Under the pieces are notes generated by a model that worked only from the letters and a program-made list of their open reading frames with translations, did not search any database and was not told the origin of the DNA. 64,000 nt of DNA from Planctomycetota bacterium (GTDB lineage: Bacteria; Planctomycetota; JAJSAM01; JAJVHW01), in NCBI GenBank assembly GCA_965248445.1, contig CBDFJG010000002.1:64001-128000 (forward strand), written 5' to 3'. Within the stretch, counting starts at the first letter, position 1. The number at the start of each line of letters is the position of its first letter. This document shows positions 1 to 8,643 of this stretch, piece after piece. Both the position numbers and the translations under genes were made by a program.

Positions 1-1199
1 TCGAACACGACGCTCCCGTCGATCACGACCATGAGCATCCGCGAAGTCGGCTTGAGCGGATGCCCGCTCCACAGCACGACGTCCGCATGGGCGCCGTCCG
101 CGATCCGTCCGCGGTCCTTCAGACCACACAGATCCGCGGGGATGCTGGTGAGCGCGGCGAGCGCTTCGTCCCGCGAGAGTCCGTACCGGACGGCGAACAT
201 TCCCTGCTCGCGCAGCCACCGGGCGCCGCTGTTGCCCGCGGTCAGCGCGACCTTCACGCCGGCCTCGTGCAGCATGGTCGCGTTCGTCAGCGCTGTGTCC
301 GTTCTGTCCGGGCCGGCACCGGTTCGGATGTCGGGGAACGGTCCGACGACCACGGGGATCCCGCGCTTGGCCAGTTCGTCGCGGCGCAGATACGCCTCCT
401 CCGCGTTGTCGAACGCGACCTGCATGTCGACCTCGTCCGCCAGCCGCAGCACGGCGTTGACATCTTGCATGCGATGCACGGACACGCGCAGAGGTCGGCG
501 CCCGGCGATGACATCCTGGTACGGCGTGAGATCCGCGGCGTTCGGTGGCTCCTGCACGCCCTTGGCGGCCAGGAACGTCTGGCGGAGCAGCCAGACGACT
601 CCCATGCGGGTGGTCGGACGGCGCGCGTAGATCGACGTGGTCGGCCCGAAGCGCGGCGGAAAGTTGCCGGTCGATGGGAACCGCGACAGCGCCGCGTGCA
701 GCGACGACGGCGCCGAACGGATCGGAACGGCCCGCCCGGTCTTCGACCACGAGTGGTGTGCCTGCGAGAGGCCACCCACGACGTTTCGCGAGCCCGGCAC
801 GAGGACGATCGTCGTGCAGCCCTCCCGCGCACCCTCGCGAAATGCCTGGTGCCGCGGGTTGGCGAGATCCCGCGCGCTGACGAGAGCCGTCATCTCGCGC
901 GTGATCTCCGCTTCCTGTGACGCGTACCCAAGCCGGCCCGACGACTCGATGAACCCAGGCGCGAGCACGGCGCCGGGAATGCTGATCGTCCTCGCCCCGT
1001 CGGGTGCGCTGCCTCCGATGCGGCCGTTCGCGACCACGACGGTCGCCGAGTCGGTTGCGCCGCCGACACCGTCGAGCACCGTCACGTCGCTGAACACGAG
1101 CGACGCACGTTCGCTGTCCTGTGCGTGGACGTTCGCACCGGCGAACGTGAGTCCGCCGATGGCGAGGACGGCCAGCGCCAGCGTGCGACCGGCGCTCAT
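1..1199 (-). CDS. Secreted amidohydrolase-family protein, probably catalytically degenerate (3' end runs off window)
   Basis: Not in the ORF track; translated by hand from ATG 1199, which overlaps the upstream gene's TGA: MSAGRTLALAVLAIGGLTFAGANVHAQ (signal peptide)...LAPGFIESSGRLG...RVSVHRMQD...ALTSIPADLCGLKDRGRIADGAHADVVLWSGHPL, an amidohydrolase N/C-terminal signature. Confidence 0.85.
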   Translation of the reverse strand, partial: MSAGRTLALAVLAIGGLTFAGANVHAQDSERASLVFSDVTVLDGVGGATDSATVVVANGRIGGSAPDGARTISIPGAVLAPGFIESSGRLGYASQEAEITREMTALVSARDLANPRHQAFREGAREGCTTIVLVPGSRNVVGGLSQAHHSWSKTGRAVPIRSAPSSLHAALSRFPSTGNFPPRFGPTTSIYARRPTTRMGVVWLLRQTFLAAKGVQEPPNAADLTPYQDVIAGRRPLRVSVHRMQDVNAVLRLADEVDMQVAFDNAEEAYLRRDELAKRGIPVVVGPFPDIRTGAGPDRTDTALTNATMLHEAGVKVALTAGNSGARWLREQGMFAVRYGLSRDEALAALTSIPADLCGLKDRGRIADGAHADVVLWSGHPLKPTSRMLMVVIDGSVVF

Positions 1200-2392
1200 C
1201 GCGCGTCCTCCCGGGCGGCATCCTGAACGATGCGTCCACCGGACAGGTGCAGCAGAACGCGCGAGCGTGGCTCCCACGGCTCGCCGTCCATGACGAGCAA
1301 GTCGGCGCGCAGGCCCTCGGCAACGCGGCCGACACGGTGCGCGACGCCCAGCGAGCGCGCGGCGACGTTCGTCACGGACGGCACGGCGGAATCTTCCGGA
1401 AGGCCGGCCGCTACCGCCAGCGCGAGGGCATTGCGGAGCGAGTCGGCCGGACGGGCGGGTGCGCCCGACGTGATGGCGACTGCGACGCCGGCTCGCGCCA
1501 GGCGGCCGGGCAACGCGAGCACGTACAACGCGTCCTCGGCGTCGAGCCCGCTCACGATGCACGGCGCCCCGATCCCGGCCACGCCCGCGGGATCGTCGGC
1601 GGCGCGCGTCAGGCCCACGAACGTCGGACGAAGGCCGCGAGGCGCGAGAGTCTCGGCCGCGATCTGCGCCGACTCCGGTGTGTCGACGTACACGAGCACC
1701 TGCTCTCGCCAAAGCGCGGACATCACGCGCAGCGCCCCCTCGCGCACCGGCGGGTCGATCTCGGTAGGAGTCCGCCACGGCCGGCCGGCGAAGGCCGCCG
1801 TGAGTACCGCGCGGGCACCCGCGAGCGTCGCGGGGACACGGCTCGCGGAGAGCGCGGGGGAGCGGAAGGAGAACACCTGGGGTCCGCGCCGGGTCAGCAG
1901 CGTGGCCGTGCCGTCCGCGTCGATCGACGCAGCGGCGGCGCGACCGGCGACGAGGTTGGCCGGTGCCGGCAGGAGCCCGACGGTCGTCGTGCCGCCGCGC
2001 AGCGCAGCGCGCAGCGAGCGGTGTTCGCCGTCGAACGCGTCCGCGGCGCGCACGCCGGGAGTCAGCGCATCCGCGGACTCGGCGGCGGCGCCGTCCAGCC
2101 CGAGGGCCGTCACCGCGTCCACGAGACCGGGCAGCGCCACTCCGTTCGCGATCGTGCGGACGCGGACGCCCTTCGGCGGCGCATCGGTGCCGGCCGTGAC
2201 GAAGCGATCACCCTCGACGAGGATGTACGCGTTCTCGATCACCTGGCCATCGCCGACGTGCAGCTTCGCGACGCGATAGGCACGCCGCATGTCGATCGCG
2301 CCGTTCTCCGCGCGGGCTGTGGCTCCGTGCACGACGAGCAGGCAGATGCACGTGAGCGCCCCGAGCCCGAGCAGACGGCTACTCGATCGCAC
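1196..2392 (-). CDS. Secreted amidohydrolase-family protein, degenerate metal site
   Basis: GTG 2392 with GAGGT upstream; signal peptide; PGLVDAVTALG; C-terminal GRVAEGLRADLLVMDGEPW. Confidence 0.85.
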   Translation of the reverse strand: MRSSSRLLGLGALTCICLLVVHGATARAENGAIDMRRAYRVAKLHVGDGQVIENAYILVEGDRFVTAGTDAPPKGVRVRTIANGVALPGLVDAVTALGLDGAAAESADALTPGVRAADAFDGEHRSLRAALRGGTTTVGLLPAPANLVAGRAAAASIDADGTATLLTRRGPQVFSFRSPALSASRVPATLAGARAVLTAAFAGRPWRTPTEIDPPVREGALRVMSALWREQVLVYVDTPESAQIAAETLAPRGLRPTFVGLTRAADDPAGVAGIGAPCIVSGLDAEDALYVLALPGRLARAGVAVAITSGAPARPADSLRNALALAVAAGLPEDSAVPSVTNVAARSLGVAHRVGRVAEGLRADLLVMDGEPWEPRSRVLLHLSGGRIVQDAAREDAR

Positions 2393-3803
2393 GGTGTACC
2401 TCACGTCCGGCGACGAACACGCGCAGTGCGCGCGTGCCGATCGCGAGCGGATCGCCGTTCCAGACGACGATGTCCGCGCGCTTGCCCTCGTCGATCGATC
2501 CCAGCTCCTTGTCCACGCCGGCGGACTCCGCCGCCCAGAGTGTGATCCCGCGCAGCGCATCTGCGGGGTCCATGCCGGTCCCGACCTCGTGCGCCGCGTA
2601 GAGCCGCAGGAAACGGGTTGCTCCCGACCCTCCGGTCGCGAGCGCCGGCCGCAGGCCCGCGGCGACGAGCGACGCCCCCGCGCCCGCTGGACGGCGTGCA
2701 ATCGGACGGCGCTCGTCGGTCTCTTGCACGCTCAGATTCGTCAGGATGACCCTGGCTCCGGCCTTCTTGACCGCGTCCGCCCGCGTGACGAGGCCTTCGC
2801 CGCCGGCCAGAATCAGGTCGAGGCCGAACTCCTGGCCCATCGCCAGCGCCGCGTCGGTGTTCGGTGAGAGCTCTGCGCGGAACAGCGTGGCACGCGTGGC
2901 GGGCTGCGCGTCCTTGCCGTCACCGTGGGACATAGCCGTCAGCAGGATGTCCGTCGAGTCGTCGTCGCGAACCGTGCTGGGCGGCTTGGGCGACTTCTTC
3001 GGCTTCTCGTACTCCTTCGCGCGCCCCATTGCCTTGTACGCGGCTTCGCGCCACGCGGCGCGCTGCTCCGGAGTCCACGAGCTCATCCGCGCGGCGAGTT
3101 CTGCCGGGATGAGCAGACGCTCTGCATCCGTGTCATCGTCAGCGAGGCGTTTCTCCTCGTACTCCGCGATCTCGCGCCCGTAGCGCTCGAGCGCCTCGCG
3201 CCGTTCGACCGCGCGACGCAGCGTGGTGCGCAGACTCGCAGCCCGCGACGCGCCGGGCGCGCCGCCGGCCACCGTGCGCGTCGAGATCGAGAGTACGAGC
3301 GAGCCCTCCACGGACGCCGGTGCCTCCCCGGATGCGCCATCCCCAAGGGGCACGGTTGAGACCACGGCGGCCAGTCCGGCGACGAGTTGGTCGCGCGCGC
3401 CGCCCAGTTGCAGCGAGGTGACCCCGTTCGCGAGCGCCGTGCCGACGCGGGCGTCCCACGGATCGAAGGCCGCGGCGGCCCCCACGTACGCGCCGGGGAT
3501 CCGTGCGGTCGAGTCGGCGCCGTCGAGACCGAGTGTGCTGTCCGCATCGATCAGCCCGGGCGTCACGACCAGCCCCGAGCAATCGACACGCACGGCGCCC
3601 TCGGGCACGTCGACGGTGGCGCCGACGGCGCGGATGCGATCCCCCTCGATCACGACGGTGCCCGCGGGAATCACGTCCCCGGACGCCGTGTGGATCTCGC
3701 CACCCACCAGCGCGATCACCCCATCTTCGGCATGCGCCGCCGGCACCCTCAGCACGCACGGGAGCGCGAGGCACACGAGGGCGAGAAGAGGCAGTCGGCG
3801 CAT
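2379..3803 (-). CDS. Secreted amidohydrolase-family protein, degenerate metal site
   Basis: MRRLPLLALVCLAL signal peptide; VTPGLIDADSTLG; C-terminal GSIDEGKRADIVVWNGDPL. Confidence 0.87.
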   Translation of the reverse strand: MRRLPLLALVCLALPCVLRVPAAHAEDGVIALVGGEIHTASGDVIPAGTVVIEGDRIRAVGATVDVPEGAVRVDCSGLVVTPGLIDADSTLGLDGADSTARIPGAYVGAAAAFDPWDARVGTALANGVTSLQLGGARDQLVAGLAAVVSTVPLGDGASGEAPASVEGSLVLSISTRTVAGGAPGASRAASLRTTLRRAVERREALERYGREIAEYEEKRLADDDTDAERLLIPAELAARMSSWTPEQRAAWREAAYKAMGRAKEYEKPKKSPKPPSTVRDDDSTDILLTAMSHGDGKDAQPATRATLFRAELSPNTDAALAMGQEFGLDLILAGGEGLVTRADAVKKAGARVILTNLSVQETDERRPIARRPAGAGASLVAAGLRPALATGGSGATRFLRLYAAHEVGTGMDPADALRGITLWAAESAGVDKELGSIDEGKRADIVVWNGDPLAIGTRALRVFVAGREVHRAIE

Positions 3804-3954
3804 GGGTTGGTCGAGGGGTGAGCGCGGAGTCGCTCGAAGCGGAAGAGAGTAGCGGCCTGAGCGCTCCCCCGCACGCACCAGACCTTGTTCGGAGGCAGGA
3901 CGTCCGCGGTTCGGGGCAGGGCCTTCTTGGGACCAGGGCAGGTTCGGCGCGCAG

Positions 3955-6774
3955 TCAGTCGGCTGGACGCAAGACGACCACCAGAAGCCCGTCATCACTG
4001 GCCGCGAACGGATCGTAGCGCGTGACCAGGACGATGACATCGCGAGGGGCGGCAACCACGTGGAGCGTCTCCGCGATACCTTCGACCTCGGGCGCCAGGA
4101 TCGGGACTTCCCCGAGCGGAGTGTCGCGTTCGTGGACACCGGAATCGCGCAACCGCACGCTCCGGACGTGAAGTTGAAGGGAGTGCCGGCCTCGCACGGT
4201 GCGGCCGAACGCGCGCATCGCGACTGCAAGTCCGGTCTCGACGACCAGCGACTCCGCGCGACCCCACGCCTCTGGGTCCCCGGGTCGGGAGTCGAGCTCG
4301 CTGCGATACGGATACCGCACGACGTGCCCGACGTGGTCCCGGCCGGTGGGCGGCGCGGCCAGCCGGTTCTGGACCAGCGGAATCCGCCGACCACGCGACG
4401 CCAGCAGCCGGTCGATCGCTCCCTGTCGCGACCGATCGGAGACGACCGTGTGCGCGACCACACCCGTCCCGCTCCTTCCCAGCGTGGGAACGAGGCGCAC
4501 GAGCTGCGCCGCGTCGGTCGCGTTGAGCGAGTGCACGGCGACTCCGAGCGTCTGCAACCCGCGCGTTGCCGCGATGCGCTTCAGGAAGGTCTCCACGAGG
4601 GAGTGCGCTTCGTCCGGCCCGACCACGCGCACACGATCGCCTCGCAATTCGACGGACGCGGCATTCACGGCCACTTCACGCAGCAGTGCCAGAAGCGCCG
4701 TCTCGCGCGCCGGGAACGGATCGCCCGCCGCCAGCAGCAGCGGCTCGCCCAGCTCGTCGAGGGATGCGACCGCGTGCGGAATGCGGTGCTCGGCGAATCG
4801 CATCCCGGCCGGCGCCTCGGGAGGAGTCTCTCCCCCCAGTTCAGGCGTCGGCAGCGGCGCCAGCCCCTCCGCGCGTCCGACGCGCACGAGGGCCGTGAAC
4901 GACTCACTGGCATCGGCGGGATCCAGTAGGCCCGTGACGAGCAGCGCTCCGCCGCGGGCAAGCGTTGCGCCGGCCGACACGGACGCGCGCAGCGGAGACG
5001 TGGTGGACAGCGCGCGGGGATTCCATTCGGTCGTGAGCGCGACCGCGGCGCCGGGCGGGTCCGATGCGACGGCCAGGACGTCGAGTGCCAGCACACGGCT
5101 GCCTTCGCGTGTCGTGAGCCGGAACGGTCGGAGGTGCGTCGCGCGGAACGTCGCACGTCCAAGAGTCTCTCCCGGCAGGTCGCCGTCCTCGCCCAGCAGG
5201 TCGGCCACGTCCGTCGCGGGAATGACGGCGCCTTCGCCCCCACCGGCGATCGCGAACGTCTCGATCCCGTCGGCACGAAGACGATCGAGCAGCTCCGACG
5301 GCGGTTCCCGCAGGACCGCGATCTCGACCTCCGCGGACCGCAGACCGGCGACGGCGGCGCGGGTCAGACGGCTCCCGAGCCGCGTGTGCGTCGCAGCAGG
5401 AGCAACGACCACGAGTGTCCGACCAACCAGGTCGGCAGCGGCTTCCTCGGAGGACAGCGCGGCGCGCTCGTCTCCGATCAGCCATTCCGCCACGAGCGGT
5501 GCCGGCTTCATGCCGCTTGCGCGCACGGTCCACCCGCGCGTCGGCGCCGAAAGCGGAACCGGCGGCAGTGCCGGCCGCGCGGACGGCATCGCAGGCGCGA
5601 GGTCGTGGAATCGGAGACCGAGCCCGCCGGCGACCTCCGTTCCGGCCTCCTCGAGGATCGCGAGCAGCGCCTGGCTCCAGCGCGCAGTGAGCGCGGAGGG
5701 TGGAGGTGGTGCTTGCGGTGCACGGGGCACACCCGCGGCGCCCGTGCGTCGCAGTCCGCGCAGGATCTCGTCTCGCAGACTCGCCGGTGCGCGCCGCGAC
5801 GCCTCCTCGGTGTCCACGAGGGCGAGCGCGCGCTCGAGAAGCGGCGCGGCGGTGGTCGGGTCCGAGTCATCGAGCGCCCGGCGAGCGCGCGAGACCAGCG
5901 TTTCGGCCTCGGCCGTCACGCGGGCGGCGCGCACCTCTTGCGCCAGCGCGAGGATCTCGCGGACGCGCAGATACAACTGCTCACGGTCGCCGAAAGGCGC
6001 CGCGACGCGACCGAGCAGGAGCTTCGCCTCTGCGTTCTCGGGATCGGCCTCGAGCGCGCGGTAGAGCGCGGAGCGCGCTTCGGCGAAGCGCCCCTCCCGG
6101 TGGAGCAGGCGGGCGAGGTTCGAGTTGATGAGCGAGTCGCGCTGTTCCTTGCGGCGCTGCTCGGCGACTTCTCTGCGCCGCAGCGCGAGGTACTCCTCCG
6201 GGCGCAAGTCGCCGGGCGGAAGCTCCGACTTCAACCGCTTGATCTCCTCGTCCTTCCCGCGCAACTCGATCGCGAGGTCGTCGAGGTCTTCGCGCGCGCC
6301 CTTCTCCGCCTTGATCGCCTGCTCGAGTCGAAGCCTCAGTTGTTCGGCCTCGTGTTCGAGTTCCCTCAGCGTCTCGGGATCCGCCGTTGGGACCGGGGAC
6401 TGCGCTCCCTCCGTCTCCACGGGCGGATGCGCGACGTCGAGATCCCGCACGACCGCCTTTGCCAGAAGTACGACCTCGTCCGGCACCGCGTCCGCGTCGG
6501 CCGGCGTCAACCAAGGCCGCGCGAGCAAGAGCGCCTTGCCGGTGTCGCCGGACCGTGCCAGGCAGCCCGCCGCTCGGATCTCCGCCCGCGCGCGGTCTGC
6601 TACACCCCCCGCCGCTGCGGCCGCCTGCTGGTAGAGCTCCGCGGCCGCGACGAGGTCGCCGAGCGAGCGCTCCGCGATCTCGGCCCGTCGCAACAGAACG
6701 CCGTGGTCGTCGGCCGCGACGGCACCCGGGGAGGCGCAGAACAGCACAGCCAGCAGAACGAGGGTTCGGCGCAT
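3955..6774 (-). CDS. Secreted TPR/coiled-coil protein with two tandem N3+secretin-like modules
   Basis: Signal peptide MRRTLVLLAVLFCAS; TPR helices (ARSALYRALEADPENAEAKLLL); N3-like GRTLVVVAPAATHTRL and GDRVRVVGPDEAHSLVETFL; secretin-like strand runs ending GGALLVTGLL...FTALVRV and ETGLAV...LLVVVLRP. Confidence 0.6.
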   Translation of the reverse strand: MRRTLVLLAVLFCASPGAVAADDHGVLLRRAEIAERSLGDLVAAAELYQQAAAAAGGVADRARAEIRAAGCLARSGDTGKALLLARPWLTPADADAVPDEVVLLAKAVVRDLDVAHPPVETEGAQSPVPTADPETLRELEHEAEQLRLRLEQAIKAEKGAREDLDDLAIELRGKDEEIKRLKSELPPGDLRPEEYLALRRREVAEQRRKEQRDSLINSNLARLLHREGRFAEARSALYRALEADPENAEAKLLLGRVAAPFGDREQLYLRVREILALAQEVRAARVTAEAETLVSRARRALDDSDPTTAAPLLERALALVDTEEASRRAPASLRDEILRGLRRTGAAGVPRAPQAPPPPSALTARWSQALLAILEEAGTEVAGGLGLRFHDLAPAMPSARPALPPVPLSAPTRGWTVRASGMKPAPLVAEWLIGDERAALSSEEAAADLVGRTLVVVAPAATHTRLGSRLTRAAVAGLRSAEVEIAVLREPPSELLDRLRADGIETFAIAGGGEGAVIPATDVADLLGEDGDLPGETLGRATFRATHLRPFRLTTREGSRVLALDVLAVASDPPGAAVALTTEWNPRALSTTSPLRASVSAGATLARGGALLVTGLLDPADASESFTALVRVGRAEGLAPLPTPELGGETPPEAPAGMRFAEHRIPHAVASLDELGEPLLLAAGDPFPARETALLALLREVAVNAASVELRGDRVRVVGPDEAHSLVETFLKRIAATRGLQTLGVAVHSLNATDAAQLVRLVPTLGRSGTGVVAHTVVSDRSRQGAIDRLLASRGRRIPLVQNRLAAPPTGRDHVGHVVRYPYRSELDSRPGDPEAWGRAESLVVETGLAVAMRAFGRTVRGRHSLQLHVRSVRLRDSGVHERDTPLGEVPILAPEVEGIAETLHVVAAPRDVIVLVTRYDPFAASDDGLLVVVLRPAD

Positions 6775-6808
6775 GCCGAGAGGTTGCCACACCGAGCGGC
6801 AGCGGTCA

Positions 6809-6832
6809 CCCGGGGTTTCGCCCCGGGTTTCA
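6809..6832. repeat. Tandem 12-bp direct repeat upstream of the secretin-like gene
   Basis: CCCGGGGTTTCG CCCCGGGTTTCA. Confidence 0.55.
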
Positions 6833-6891
6833 CGCCTCGGGCCCCGGCCCGCCGTGTTTCTCGCCCCCGGGCCCCCGCCCGCCCTCAGGGG

Positions 6892-6922
6892 AAGGACGCG
6901 GCGAGGCGCCAACCGGTTACAT
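6892..6922 (-). promoter_or_regulatory. ECF-type promoter TGTAAC-N17-CGTC
   Basis: Minus strand ATGTAACC-GGTTGGCGCCTCGC-CGCGTCCTT; boxes and spacing identical to the copy at 26241-26271. Confidence 0.7.
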
Positions 6923-6927
6923 CCGCC

Positions 6928-7515
6928 TCACCGATCCAGGAGCGCGAGAATCCGCTGGCGCACGGCCGGCCACTCGCGGTCGATGACCGAGTAGTACGCG
7001 CTGTCGCGCACGTGGCCGTCCCAGACGAGCATGTGCCGGCGCAGAACCCCCTCACGCACAGCGCCGATGCGCTCCATGGCCCGCTGCGACCGGACGTTGC
7101 GGCCGTCCGTCTTGAGCTGCACGCGCACGGCACCCAGGACGTCGAATGCGTGGCGCAGGAGCAGATACTTGCACTCGGTGTTCAGCGCGGTGCGCTGGTG
7201 CCGCGGGGTGATCCAGGTCCAGCCGATCTCGAGCGAGCAGTTGGCGGGCTGGATGTCGATATAGCGGGTGGAACCCACCGCGGCGCCGGTGGCCCTGCTC
7301 ACGATCGCGAACGGCAGCGCGTACCCGCGATCCTGATCGGCCAGCGCGGAGCGAATCCACGCCTCCGCGTCAGCCGGCTCCTGCGGGCGCGGCGCCGGCA
7401 TGTAGTCCCAGATCGAGTCGTGCGACGCGGCCGCGAACAGCTGTTCCGCGTGCGCGAGCGTGAGCGGCTCCAGCCGCGCGTGCTCGCCCTCGAGCACGAC
7501 AGGAGCGGCGGTCAG
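6928..7515 (-). CDS. GNAT N-acetyltransferase, RimJ/RimL family
   Basis: VLEGEHARLEPL...GSTRY...EIGWTW...NTECKYLLLRHAF...RVQLKTDGRNVRSQRAMERIGAVREGVLR; start uncertain (CTG 7515 or GTG 7497). Confidence 0.92.
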   Translation of the reverse strand: MTAAPVVLEGEHARLEPLTLAHAEQLFAAASHDSIWDYMPAPRPQEPADAEAWIRSALADQDRGYALPFAIVSRATGAAVGSTRYIDIQPANCSLEIGWTWITPRHQRTALNTECKYLLLRHAFDVLGAVRVQLKTDGRNVRSQRAMERIGAVREGVLRRHMLVWDGHVRDSAYYSVIDREWPAVRQRILALLDR

Positions 7516-8018
7516 CTCTCCTCTTCTCGCTTCCAATCCACACCCATCCAGCAGTTCGCGGTGTTGATCTCGTCGTTCCCCGCGGCCTTGCAGTAGAGGA
7601 ACAGTTGCATGCGATATGCACACATCCAGAGCAGCGAGAGGTCCAACAGAGCCTGGCCCAGCGTGACCGTGTTGCCCCACGGCAGCGTCGCCTCCTTGTT
7701 CGCGAAATCGTCATCGCTGATCTCTGCGAATGCCGCCTTCAGCTCGCTCTGCTGCCGCTCCATGGCCGCGGGAAACTCGTCCGGCCCCATCTCCGACGCA
7801 CGCGCCTCGAGCGCCTTGTACTCGTCCCACGTGCCCGTGACCATCGTGCGCGTCGCGGCGACGCCGCAGAATGATAGGTAGCGAAGCAACTCCAGCGTGT
7901 TGCGCTGACCTGGGGTCGGCCGGTACTCCAGCCCCCCCTCGGGGATCTTCGTGAACAGGTGAGCGCACACCTTGCACTCCCTCAGGATCGAGTCGAGCAG
8001 GTCGTTCTTGTCGAGCAT
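7512..8018 (-). CDS. DinB-like family protein
   Basis: LEYRPTPGQRNTLELLRYL...YRMQLFLYCKAAG pattern; 168 aa, helical. Confidence 0.8.
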   Translation of the reverse strand: MLDKNDLLDSILRECKVCAHLFTKIPEGGLEYRPTPGQRNTLELLRYLSFCGVAATRTMVTGTWDEYKALEARASEMGPDEFPAAMERQQSELKAAFAEISDDDFANKEATLPWGNTVTLGQALLDLSLLWMCAYRMQLFLYCKAAGNDEINTANCWMGVDWKREEES

Positions 8019-8042
8019 GGGGTCCCCTCTGCCGTTCGGTTC

Positions 8043-8204
8043 TCAGTGGTTGTTCAGCATCATCGCGCACGGATACCCGATCATGACGCCGAGCAGTAGG
8101 CCGACGCCGCCGATGATCGCGAAGAACACGAGCGGCCGGCGGTTCTTGCCACGCTCGCTTCTGCTGCTGGGCGATTCCGGGCTGCTGGGCGGTTCCGACG
8201 TCAT
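8043..8204 (-). CDS. Small single-TM membrane protein (53 aa)
   Basis: MTSEPPSS...KNRRPLVFFAIIGGVGLLLGVMIGYPCAMML; fills the gap in a minus-strand run. Confidence 0.55.
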   Translation of the reverse strand: MTSEPPSSPESPSSRSERGKNRRPLVFFAIIGGVGLLLGVMIGYPCAMMLNNH

Positions 8205-8235
8205 CTCACGCGCACGGTAAGCGCGCGATGACGGA

Positions 8236-8577
8236 CTACGCGAGGCTCTTCCAGACCCTGCGGAAGACGACGATGCAGCCAAGGCCGAGGAGCCCGCCGG
8301 CGACGTACGGCAGCCACGGGCTGTCGAGGGGGCCGCCACGCTGCGGCAGATCAGCGAGCTTCGTGGTGCCGGGCTTGCTGGGATGCGTGATGTACGCGTC
8401 GCGGATCGCGCCCTGCACACCGCCGTGCACCTGACCGCTCGCGCGGTTCATGCCCTCCATCTGGCGAGCGCGTACGGCTTCGGCCTCCTGCACCATGCGC
8501 ACAGCAGGATCCGTGTCCTGCGCGAACGCGGGGCTCGCGAGGGCCAGACTCAGGCAAAGGAGAAGCGTGCGTCGCAC
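8236..8577 (-). CDS. Small exported protein with C-terminal membrane anchor
   Basis: Signal peptide ending AFA; C-terminal hydrophobic helix followed by RRVWK. Confidence 0.7.
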   Translation of the reverse strand: MRRTLLLCLSLALASPAFAQDTDPAVRMVQEAEAVRARQMEGMNRASGQVHGGVQGAIRDAYITHPSKPGTTKLADLPQRGGPLDSPWLPYVAGGLLGLGCIVVFRRVWKSLA

Positions 8578-8643
8578 GCTACCGGGATCGGGATTCCCGC
8601 CGGACTACCTGAGTGCGCGCCGCAGGCGCTCCCTGGACCGGAC

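Noticed and set aside
5134..7596. Long + strand ORF (820 aa) and the many similar shadow ORFs (e.g. 9955-12417, 39358-41649, 48007-49971, 61793-63682)
   Set aside because: They are antisense or off-frame to genes with clear motifs, are R/A/G/P-rich and motif-free, and are expected at this GC content
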